A DNA stretch of 64,000 bases. It comes from Mustelus asterias. Lineage: Eukaryota. Made by a program: the position numbers and the translations under genes. The stretch's first letter is position 1. Every line of letters begins with the position of its first letter. This document shows, one piece after another, positions 1 through 11,068 of the stretch. The stretch lies in assembly GCF_964213995.1 (NCBI RefSeq), contig NC_135803.1, positions 41,354,001-41,418,000 of the forward strand. The letters are read 5' to 3'. The notes under the pieces were generated by a model. It had not been told where the DNA came from, made no database searches, and worked only from the letters and a program-made list of their open reading frames with translations.

Positions 1-300
1 CACCAAGGCTCCTGTGACAGCTCCTTCCAAACCCGTGACCAGTATCATCTAGAAGGACAAGGGCGGCAGATGCATGGGAACACCATCACCTGGAAGTTCC
101 CCTCCAAGTCACTCACCATACGGATGTGGAACTATATTGTCGTTCCTTCAATGTCACTGGGTCAAAGACCTGGAACTCCCTAACAGCATCCCTACACTAT
201 GTGGGTTGTAGCGGTTCAAGAAGGCAGCTCACCACCACTTTCTCAGGGAAATTAGGGATGAGCAATAAATGCTGGCATAGACAGCGATGCCAGATCCCAA
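1..300 (+). mobile_element. 3' end of an old LINE (tail ...aattagggatgggcaataaatgctgg...); related pieces at ~1850-2290, 46490-46630, 49030-50040(-), 62850-63410
   Basis: Same blocks (ctagaaggacaagggcagcag, gggaacaccaccacc, caagaaggcagctcaccaccac) recur at those loci. Confidence 0.7.
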
Positions 301-339
301 AGTGGCAAATAATATTCACGCAACACAACTCTAAGTAAA

Positions 340-1822
340 TGAAAATCTCCAACAAGAGATTGCAGCATGTTGGTGTAGCAGGCGGTAAAGAAGGCAAATG
401 GTATGTTGGCCTTCATAGCAAGAGGATTTGAGTACAGGAGCAGGGATGTCTTGCTGAATTATACAGGACCTTGGTGAGGCCACACCTGGAAAATTGTGTG
501 CAGTTTTGGTCTCCTTATCTGAGGAAGGATGTTCTGGCTGTAGAAGGGGTGCAGAGAAGGTTCACCAGACTGATTCCTGACGTATACGATTGAGTTGGTT
601 AGGATTATAATCACTGGAGTTTAGAAGAATAAGAATATAAGAACTAGGAGCAGGTGTAGGCCATCTGGCTCCTCGAGCCTGCTCCACCATTCAATAAGAT
701 CATGGCTGATCTTTTTGTGGACTCAGCTCCACTTACCCGCCGCTCAACATAACCCTTAATTCGTTTACTGTTCAAAAATTTATCTATCCTTGCCTAAAAA
801 ACATTCAATGAGATAGCCTCAACTGCTTCACTGGGCAGGGAGTTCCACAGATTCACAACCCTTTGTATGAAGAAGTTCTTCCTCAACTCAGTCCTAAATC
901 TGCTTCCCCTTATTTTGAGGCCATGCCCCCTAGTTCTAGTTTCACCTGCCAGTGGAAACAACTTCCCTGCTTCTATCTTATCTATTCCCTTCATAATCTT
1001 ATATGTTTCTATAAGATCTCCCCTCATTCTTCTGAATTCCAATGAGTATAGCCCCAGTCTACTCAGTCTCTCCTCATAAGCCAACCCTCTCAACTCCGGA
1101 ATCAACCTAGTGAATCTCCTCTGCACCCCTTCCAGTGCCCAGTATATCCTTTCTTAAGTAAGGAGACCAAACTATACACAGTACTCCAGGTGTGGCCTCA
1201 CCAGCACCTTATACAGCTGCAACATAACCTCGCTGTTTTTAAACTCCATCCCTGTAGCAGTGAAGGACAAAATTCCATTTGCCTTTTTAATTACCTGCTG
1301 CACCTGCAAACCAACTCCTTGTGGTTCTTGCACAAGGACACCCAGGTCTCTCTGCACAGCCGCATACTGCAATTTTTTACCATTTAAATAATAGTCCATT
1401 TTGCTGTTATTCCTACCAAAATGGATGACCTCACATTTGAGGAATGAGGGAGGTTCTCATAGAAACCTATAAAATTCTAACAGGCCTTATAGGGTAGATG
1501 CAACAAGGATGTTCCCGTTGGTGGGGGTGTCCAGAACCAGGAGTTATACTCTAAGGATACAGAGTAAACCTTTTAGGTCTGAGATGAGGAGAAGTATCTT
1601 CACCCGGAGTGGTCAGCCTGAGGAATTTGCTGCTATGGAAATCAGTTGAAGCCAAAACATTTCAAGAAGAAGTTAGATGTAGCTCTTGGGGCAAAGGAAA
1701 TCAAAAGATATGGGGGGGAAGATGGGATCAAGCTATTGAGTTGGATGATCAGCCATGTTCATGATGAATGGTGGAGCAGGCTCGAAGAGCAGCCTACCCC
1801 TGTTGCTATTTTCTATGTTTCC
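340..1822 (+). mobile_element. Old CR1 LINE 3' fragment split by a younger inverted CR1
   Basis: RPHLE.CVQFWSP...RRFTRLIP-like sequence 340-630 resumes at ~1441. Confidence 0.8.
632..1437 (-). mobile_element. CR1 (HER1-like) LINE 3' fragment nested in older CR1
   Basis: ORFs 794-1126 and 1172-1399 encode the CR1 ORF2 C-terminus; ttcttat-type 3' microsatellite. Confidence 0.93.
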
Positions 1823-2311
1823 CTTGATATTCAGGGATATTGCCATCGTCAAATCCCCCACCATCAACATCTAACGGCCATCATTGAAGAGAAATTTAAC
1901 TAAACCAGCCACATAAATACTGTAGTTAGAGCAGTGGATCAGAAATTGGATTCACAGTGAATGGCTCATTTCCTTACTTCCCAAAGCTTTCCTATAAGTC
2001 ACAAGTTAGAAAGCCTGCTTGATTGGTACCCCATCCACCACCTTAAACATTCACTTCCACTGGTATACCATAACTCCAGTGTACACCATTACAAGATGCA
2101 TTGCAGCCACTCACTAAGGCTTCTTTGATATAACCTTCAAAACCAGTGACCTCTACCATCTAGAACAAGGGCAGCAGATGAATGGGAACACCACCATGAG
2201 TAGGTATGCCTGTACATCACACAACATCCTGAATTGGAAATCTATTGCTGTTCCTTCAATAAACTCTTGGAACACCCACCTGAACAACTCTCTGGATACA
2301 TCTGAGTGTTC

Positions 2312-2438
2312 CACTCACCTGATGAAGGAGCAGCGCTCCGAAAGCTCATGATTCCAAATAAACCTGTTGGACTTTAACCTAGTGTTGTGAGACTTCTTAT
2401 TGTGCCCACCCCAGTCTAATGTCAGCATCTCCACATCA
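2312..2438 (+). mobile_element. Penelope-like pLTR fragment with hammerhead-like core
   Basis: cacctgatgaaggagcagcgctccgaaagctc...; same family as 6834-7115. Confidence 0.75.
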
Positions 2439-2863
2439 GGCAGATCTTGTCATCTGCAAATTTGCAGATTATACTCCCAACAGGTATGTCCAGATTAAAT
2501 AAAAAATGTAAAGAGCAACAGTGTCAAGACCAATCTCTGGAGGTCCACACCGATTATCAGTCTCCGAATAAGATCCAAATACATCGTTAACTCATTTCAT
2601 CACGAGTCCCTTATAGCCAGTTCTCGAGTATGCTTTAGCCGCTCAGTACTGCCTTTGACATTTCTCTGATGTTTTACTCAATTGAAAAGACTTTTCCTTT
2701 ACTCCCACAATTGTGTGTGATTTTTTTTTTCCTTTGGCCTTTTAGCTGATCTAATAGCATCTGTCTGATGGAAATGAACCAATTTATAGTTACACCTTCA
2801 TCGCACTACATGAGCTAAATGTTACAATTATGGATATAAAAATAATATTTTTCTCCCATTCAG

Positions 2864-2963
2864 GTCATCAGAAAATAGGATCCCATCTGAACTGGCATCT
2901 AGCAAAAATGCTTTGGAACTACACTCAGCATCAACAGAACTGGAACCAATGCCAACAGCGCAG
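2864..2963 (+). CDS. PEX5L: PEX5L/TRIP8b internal coding exon (SSENRIPSELASSKNALELHSASTELEPMPTAQ)
   Basis: ttctcccattcag acceptor, cag|gtagaa donor, 100 nt; resembles human TRIP8b SSEHRSQPELSGGKSALNSESASELELVAPTQ; ends phase 0, matching next exon. Confidence 0.85.
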
Positions 2964-5900
2964 GTAGAATATATGACTGTGACTTAAGGGAAGTGAATTA
3001 CTAAACAACATCACAATGCTGAAATATTTGGTCTTGTAAAAACATTATACAATGACGTTTCCAGAACTTTTCACCAGATGAATATGATGCTCCTGGATTT
3101 TCAACGTTAAGCAAAAAAAGGACAGTTTTAACTCAAGTGGGTGGAGATCAACTCTTGCAGCATGGGACCCAGGAGGTTTTAACATTCCTCTTCATCTCCT
3201 GTGGCAAACCCAACATGGTTGGCAGATGGAGGAAGTTTGGATGTTCCTGTGTCCCATTTTGAATATCAAAACTAGAGGGTGGGCGTAAGTACTGTACTAA
3301 TAGCCTATTAAGTGGAATGATATCAGTAGAAAACTCCATGAAATACCCAATTTCAGATATAAACTTTGTATCATGGATGCAGATCCAAATTAATGTTATT
3401 TCTATGCGAAGGTAAGAATATTTTAGAATTGGTATGGTAAATTGGATTGCCTTCAGAAAACTATTGTAGATTGATGTGCATACCAAGTGTTGTATATAGT
3501 GTCCCTCTCCCCTCACCCAGGGAGCAGCTTGGGAGGTGAAGGTGCTTTTAATCAGGGTGTGAGAACCATCACCTTCCCCTCAGTACCCCAAGGCCATCTT
3601 GGGCCCTTAAGTGCACTATCATCCCTACACTGCTGGTATTCTACCAGTGGAGATTTTGGGGGGGTGAAATAGGCCATGGGCGTAAGCCAACCAGTAAAAG
3701 ACAGCGGTGGGGCAAGGATAAGTAGCCCCTCCTGATCAGGCACACTTGCCTCTTTTAAGGGCCATTTCAGTGCTCTGGGACTTTGTCCCAGTTTTAATAA
3801 AAAGTGAAAAATCAAAAGTAGCCATCTAGCCCTCCCTCCTCACAACCCCACACACTCCCCATGCTTATCCATGCCACCTCATGCCTGCCAACCTTTGCTG
3901 CTTTACCCATCCTCATGGCTCTCTATAGTTCTTATGTCAACTTTGTGCCAACTCATGCTAACTGATGATCCTCACATATCCCCATGTACCTTCATAGCCC
4001 CTATGATAACTCATCAAGTGTCCATTGTGTGTAGACCTCCAGGGCCACTCAGATAAAGTTCTATGTACTTATTACAGATTTCAGAGTTTAAAAATAATAC
4101 TCTCATTGATAAATGCTCATCCAATACATTTGATTCCTTTCACGTATTTAATCCCTGATTTAAAAAAAACATAACCTCACATCGATGATAGCTGATTTCT
4201 TTATCACTACTTGGGGCTATCGATCAAACAGTGAATTTATAGGCTCTCTGTGGTGATAATGATAGGTTGTCGAAGTAGTCCAGCAGCACTAATCCTATAA
4301 TGATAACCCTTGGACTTATGTCAACAAACAGATAGTGACATTGCAAACAATTTCTTTTGCAACTACAGGCTGATTTTTTTTTTCAAACATGCAAAGAGCA
4401 GGGGATTTAGCTGACTTGATACTTAGACCTTGTCCACTTTTTACACATATTCATGTCTACCTTTTACAAATTGAAGTGGGTACTTGACCTCACCCAAAGG
4501 GGTACCTTACCTCTTCAAAGATCTCTGGCATGTTTAGACCATTTCCTCCAATGTGTGAAGCCCACAGGTTATGTTTTAGAAAGCTCGGTTACCAAAATTC
4601 TTTCCAAGTCAAGGCAGCTGCATTATTAAATGTGCACTTGCCTCCGTGAACCATGTTGGGCAAAAGATGTCCTGCATTCACATCCCTGATGAAAATAGTG
4701 GGTGCCGGGTTCAGGGTGGGTCTTCAGAACTCCAGTGCCATTTTGGCTACGATCAAAGCCTTTCCTACTCAGCAGAAATTCAGGCCTAAGATGTGTCCTC
4801 TGGTGACTGACTCTTCTGGGAGAAAACTCAAGGAATGGGAACATTGAGTGTGGAACAGTATCCCCAAATTCCAAGCAAATTTGCTTATATCACATCACGC
4901 AGGAGAAGACCAAGGAAATGAGGAGAAATTTCTTCATACAAAGGATTGTGTACCTTTGGAATTGTCTAGAATCATAGAATCCCAACAGTGCAAAAGGAGG
5001 TCATTTGGCCCAACAAGTCTGCACCAACTCTCCAAAAGAGCATCTTGCCTGGGCCCACAGTCTGCCCTATCCTTGTAAATCCACACATTTAGCATGGCTA
5101 ATCCCCCTAACCTGTACATCTTGGAACTCTAAGGGGCAATTTAGCATGGCCAATCCACCTTCCCTGCACTCTCTTGCCATTCAAAATTTTGAGAACATCT
5201 ATCAAATCTCCCCTCAACATTCCATATTCCGAGGAGAACAGTCCCAGTTTTTTTCAGTCTCTGCACATAACGTAAATATTTCATCCCTGGCACCATTCTA
5301 ATAAAAGCGCTCTACAATCTCTCTAAAATCTTGACATCCTTCTTTAAGTGTGGTGCCCAAACTTGACCATAATACTCCACCTGGAAAGAAATGTTCTCAT
5401 AAATGTTTAACATTACTTCCTTACATTATTACTTTCTGCCTCTATTTATAAAACAAAGGATTCTTAATGCTTTTGTAACAGCTTTCTCAGCTGGCTTTGT
5501 TCTCCTTGGAGCAGAGAATGTTGAGGGGAGTTTTGATTGATGTATTCAAAACCTTGAATGGTTTTGAGTGTTAGATATGTCCGTCAGCAGAGCACACTTT
5601 TAAAAGCGATTGGTGAAGCAACTGGAAATGACATGAGGGAAAAACAATTCTGGCAGCCAAGTGTTATGATACGGAATACACAATGAGAAAGGATGGTAGA
5701 AGCAGATTCAATATCTTTGAAAAGGGAATTAGACAAATACTTGGAGGTCAAACCATGTGGGGCTACGCTCCAGGTCTCTCTGTTCTTGCATCCCTTTTCA
5801 AAATTCTGCCACTTAGTTTACATTGCCTCTCAATAATCTTCCTACCAAATTGTATAACTCCACATTTCTCTGCATTAAATTCCATCTAACGTGTTTCTGC

Positions 5901-6309
5901 CCATTTCACATATCCATGTTCTCCTGAAGCCTGATAATCTCCAATGCTTCCTGCATTTCCAAATTCTGCATTATTTACAAACTCTGAAATCATGTCTTGT
6001 CTCCTCCAGTTCAGTTCCTTACTATATATTAAAAAGAACAGTGGACCTAGAACCAATGCTGGAGAGCTCCTAAAGTTAGATTTTCAGATAGCATAAAGGA
6101 CATCCTAGTCCTTCACATTTTGCACAATTTTCCTAAAGACACTCTTATGGGATCTACACAGCATAGGCCTATCTAATCCTTCTGCAGAAATGCTCAGTGC
6201 ACGTCCACATGCTCTACAAGGTTTTATTTTTGAAATTCATAGCAAAACCTAGCTCATCAAATTCTTGTATAATTTTATCATTGATTGAATCATTTGCTTT
6301 ATATGAACG

Positions 6310-7450
6310 TAAGAAATAGCAGAAATAGGCCATTTGGCACCTTGTGCCTGCTCATCCATTCATTGATATCATGGCTGACCTGTTTGTATTTCCAATTCTA
6401 CATTCCCATCTACCCCCGATCTTTGATTCCCTTGCCTAACAAGAATCGATCTACCTCTGCCTTAAAAAATATTCAGTGTCCCCGCCTCCATTGCCTTCCA
6501 AGGCAGAAAGTTCCAAAATTGGATGGCCCTCTGAGAGAAACATATTCTCGTCCTCCCTGTCCTAAAAGGACAACCCCTAATTTTAAAACAGAGACCCTGA
6601 GTTCTAGGCTCCCCCACAAGAGAAAACATCATTTCCACATCTGCCTTGTCAAGACTGTTGAGGATCTTCTATACTTCAATCAAGTCACCCCTCGCTCTTC
6701 TATACTGTAATGGAAACAAGTCTACTAAACCTCCTCTGATCTGCCATTTACATGCTTCCTTCAATAAGAAGACCAAAACTGTATACAATATTTGAGATGA
6801 GGTCTCACGAATGCCCTGTATAACTGAAGCATAGTAAGAAGTCTCACAACACCAGGTTAAAGTCCAACAGGTTTATTTGGTAGCAAAAGCCACTAGCTTT
6901 CAGAGCACTGCTCCTTCATCAGGCGAGTGGGAGTTCTGTTCACAAACAGGGCATAACAGGTCCTGTTTGTGAACAGAACTCCCACTCAACTGATGAAGGA
7001 GCAGCGCTCTGAAAGCTTGTGGCTTGTGCTACCAAATAAACCTGTTGGACTTTAACCTGGTGTTGTGAGACTTCTTACTGTGCTTACCCCAGTCCAACGC
7101 CGGCATCTCCACATCATAACTGGAGCATAACATCCTTACTTTTATGTTCGATTCCTCTTGTAATAAAGGATAGCATTCAAGTAGCCTTCTTAATTACTCG
7201 TCGTTTCTGTATGCTAACATTTTGTGACTCGTGCACTAGAACACCTAAATCCCTCTGCACGTCTGAATTCTGCAGTTGTTCTCCATTTAAGCATTCCCTT
7301 TAAGTAATTAAATAATAAAGTAATTAAATAATACTTTTCTACCTTTTTTATTCTTCCTGTCAAATTGAACAACTTCACATTTTCCCAAATTATACTCCAT
7401 CTGCCAGATTTTTGCCCACTGACTCAACCCTATCTATATCCGTTTACAAC
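6310..7450 (-). mobile_element. Degraded CR1 LINE hosting the PLE hairpin
   Basis: CR1 3' UTR and ORF2 C-terminal similarity on both sides of 6834-7115. Confidence 0.75.
6834..7115 (+). mobile_element. Non-autonomous Penelope-like fold-back element (family A)
   Basis: 117-bp inverted arms 6834-6950/6962-7078, ~37-nt tail, 14-bp TSD ataactg(a/g)agcata; CTGATGA...GAAA in both arms. Confidence 0.8.
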
Positions 7451-7605
7451 TTCCTTTCTTCCCTTTGTATTATATATTCATCACTCAATCTATTTCTTTT
7501 AATTGCTAGTTTCCCTTTCTTGCTATGATAATAGAACAAAGCTACAATTTTGTGTGTTGAAGCACTTGCTTCATACTTGGCTCAAAAACAGTTTTAAATA
7601 CGCTT

Positions 7606-7974
7606 ATCATAGAATCCCTGCAGTGCAGAAGGAGGCCATTTGGCCCATCCTGTCTGAACTGACTCTCTGACAGAGTGAGTATCTTACCCAGGTCCTCTTC
7701 CCCCACCCAATCCCCATAATCCCACACATTTACCATGGCTAATTCATCTGACCTACATATCCTGGGACATTTAAAGGGCAATTTTACAATGGCTAATCCA
7801 CCTAACTGCAAACGTTGGACTGTGGGAGGAAATTGGAGCACCTGGAGGAAAACCCACGCAGACACGGGGAGAACATGAGAACTCCACATCGACATTTACC
7901 CAAGGCCAGAATTGAACCCAGATCCCTGGCGCTGTGAGAGAGCAGTGCTAACAACTGTGCTACCGTGCTGCCCC
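7606..7974 (-). mobile_element. HE1-type V-SINE, full length, CR1 tail
   Basis: tRNA head, V-domain gggtttcctccaggtgctcc, ttctatgat tail. Confidence 0.9.
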
Positions 7975-8195
7975 AGTTAGGTATTGCTTTACAATGAATG
8001 AATCAATTAAATTCCGCTTAGTCATCTAGCATTTCAAGGCTCACACCATTTCTTAGGATCATTTGGACCATTTTCTGTCTAAAATAAAACGTAATGAACA
8101 TGACCAGACTTTGAGATTATGCTGAGAATGCAGTGAGATATAAGTTTGCTGTAACCTAATAGATCCATGACAGTTATTGATCATTTATGTTGCAG

Positions 8196-8273
8196 GGAAA
8201 GACTGAAGTAGATACAGAAGAGTTCATGAAGAGCGATACAAGCACTGAAGATGCTAGCTCTCTTCCCTCAATG
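8196..8273 (+). CDS. PEX5L: Candidate extra in-frame PEX5L cassette exon GKTEVDTEEFMKSDTSTEDASSLPSM
   Basis: tttatgttgcag acceptor, open 78 nt phase 0/0, GAA-rich; weak donor atg|gtctag; no homology recognised. Confidence 0.35.
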
Positions 8274-9612
8274 GTCTAGGGCATACCCTTCTCCAGAAGC
8301 TTTTGCTGTTTGGCACTTTTTGGAATATTTTCCATATTCAGATACTAGTTAACAGTTAGGAGTAAAAAAACTGGTTTTTTAACTCCCTTTTCTAGGCCAC
8401 AGAGACTGAGATTAAATATAACACTACCGCACTGTCAAATATTATAAAGGTACATAGCAGGGTGAAATTGACAGTCCATTCCAATTATTATTTGAAGTGC
8501 TTCCTGACATCAATCTTGAATTTGTCTTTTACCACTTTAGACCGTTGTCACAATGTCCTGCAGTTGTGATTTAATTTGAACTGATGCTCAGCACTTAACC
8601 TATTCTATTTCATAAGATCATATGCGGGGTTATTTTAATGCAAGGGTGAAAACAAGCACTAAATGGGTGCTGCGATAATATGGCATGCCTGTTTGAAAGT
8701 CTAGATTTAGTCTGCAGTTTTGGGGTTAATTAATGATTAACATGAGTTAAATTTGCCGGGTGGCATCAAAACCAATATCTGCAGGTTTCACACTTAAATA
8801 CTGTTTGGAAGCATTTTCTGTGGAGTGCCTCCACTGACTGCATCAAGTCAAGAACCTGAGGCACAACAAAACACTTCAAGGTGGCTTGGGAACCAAGAGA
8901 GTGGGAGCGCAGCTTCATAGAAATGGCACAGGAGGTACTTGTGGAGGAGATTCAGAGGAAGGAGGATGCTCTAGCTGTAATCTTGGGGGGTGGGGGAGGG
9001 AATGGAGTGGGGGGTGAAGGAGCCCACCTTACCCTCTTGTTCCTCTGGCAGCTGGTGGTGCTCCTCCTAACCCAGGGGGACCCTGAGCGAGATACTTATG
9101 ATTAATCATTCCCTTTCTCCTTGTGATTCCTGTAAGGTGTCCAACAAGACACAGCAGCATTGCATTTGTTCCCTTAGTGAAGTCCTCAGAGAATTTTCAA
9201 GATAAAAGTTGGTAGAATGATGGTGAAGTCATGACAGTGTGTCTCGGGAAGCATACCCTATGTGCCTCCAAATTTCTCTTCAAACTTCTAGCAGCTATTG
9301 AACAGTGAAACTGAGCATAGCTTGAAATAGCATACAAAATCTATAGCAATCTACCTCTTTATGTCTGTTCCATTGGTTGCTGTTAGGAGAGGTTGTTAAT
9401 TGAAGCACTGACCACCAAAGTGAGTGCTGACAGGCAATTTGATTGCAATCGGGCCTTTCACAATCCTTGTAGGTAACTGTTCCTAGCATGTGCTTCAACT
9501 CTTTTACTGAAATGGCATGTTGTGCTAAAGGTGGGCTGAACAATTATTGCAGCTTAATACTATTGCCGCCTTGGAATCTCTTTTGTGTTTAAAGTATCTG
9601 GGAAAAATCACC

Positions 9613-9970
9613 CTGCGCAGTGGTTAACACTGCTGCCTCACAGCGCCAGGGACCCGGGTGCGATTCCAGCTTGGGTCACTGTCTGTGTGGAGTCTGCACA
9701 TTCTCCCCATGTCTGTGTGGCTTTCCTCTGGGTGCTCTTGTTTCCTCCCACAGTCCGAAAGATGTGCTGGCTAGATGCATTGGCCATGCTAAATTCTCCC
9801 TCTGTGTACCCTAACAGGTAACCTGGTGTTCCCTGGTGTTGTGAGACTTCTTACTGTGCTTACCCTAACAGATGCCAGAGTGTGGCGACTAGGGGAATTT
9901 CACAGTAACTTCATTGCAGTGTTAATGTAAGCCTACTTGTGATACTAATAAATAAACTTAAACTTAAAAC
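9613..9970 (+). mobile_element. V-SINE with alternative tail, carrying a 43-bp PLE fragment
   Basis: HE1-like head/V-domain then cacagtaacttcattgcagtgttaatgtaagcctacttgtg...aataaataaactta. Confidence 0.85.
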
Positions 9971-10972
9971 TTAAACCATATATCTGTATAAGGTCCATTT
10001 TTGTTCTCTCCCATTGAATGCTAAATAATCCACATTTTCTATCTTTTTGTGTAAGTGTCCTCTGGCACAAAGGATTAGCCTTAAAGCTGTTCTTTGCACC
10101 ACTTTCATTATTTGCTTATTTTCCATGTTGTCGTCGAGGCCAAAACTGAATGCAGTATTCAAAGTGCTGTCCAATCTGAAGAAATACACCTTCAGCGTAA
10201 CCTAATGCTTTATTAGTGTGCGGTTTCCTCACACTGCAGTGTCCCAAAGATGTGCTGCATCTGCTGAGATAGGAACTTACTCAAATCTCTTTCCTGGCAC
10301 AGAACAATCCCTGGAGTTGAAACGAAACAGGAGTGAAACTGCAGGATTAAGAGATTGGCAATTATCCTCCCACTGAATGGAATCTGGATCTTATTGCTGA
10401 ATTGTAGCGAGTCTCCAAGATTGCACTTCGTATAAAATGCCATTTTTCATTTTCTGGGTCTCTCAGGATCCCCTCACAGACAGTCTCAGTATCCTTCCTT
10501 CCATCTTTCCTTCACACTAACTTTGAGCATGTACTTACTCAGATACAGGCTGAACACCTCTTGGTCAGTGAGTCAACCATTAATCCCAGGCTGTGTGGCA
10601 GGTCTGACGTTGTACATATTGGACCAGTGCTCTGTCCCTCCGAAGGACAAAGAAAAGGAAAATCTATTGTATAATTTACTTAAATTGGTAGTTTAGTTAA
10701 GCATTCCATTTGCTTTGTTGACTGGTCTGCAATGACTCTGCATGGCCAGTATTGAGTCTAATGTTTCTCCCAGATCACTATCTCTTGCCAATTTGATACC
10801 AGTGTGTCTGGCACTTTTTCCAATGCATAAAATTTGTAATTTCATTGAATTCCATCTGACAAAACAACAAGCCATTTAAATAGCGGCAATTTAGAGATAA
10901 GCATTTTCATGAGTCCTTTTAGTGGAGTCATTTCCATTGTAATATAAGCTATGTGTTTCTCTTCCTTTCCAG

Positions 10973-11068
10973 ACTCGGATGACCAAAGAACAGCGCTGGG
11001 GAAGTGCATTACTGACCCGGAACCACTCAACAGAGGAAGAGTTTGAAAGAGCAAAGGCAGCAGTTGAG
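10973..11068 (+). CDS. PEX5L: PEX5L exon TRMTKEQRWGSALLTRNHSTEEEFERAKAAVE
   Basis: Polypyrimidine + ag acceptor; 96 nt; near-identical to human ARLTKEHRWGSALLSRNHSLEEEFERAKAAVE; weak donor gag|gtctct. Confidence 0.95.

Noticed and set aside
6834-7078. miRNA precursor or DNA-transposon MITE reading of the hairpin
   Set aside because: One-sided tail, long TSD, solo-arm copies and hammerhead core fit a Penelope-type element better.
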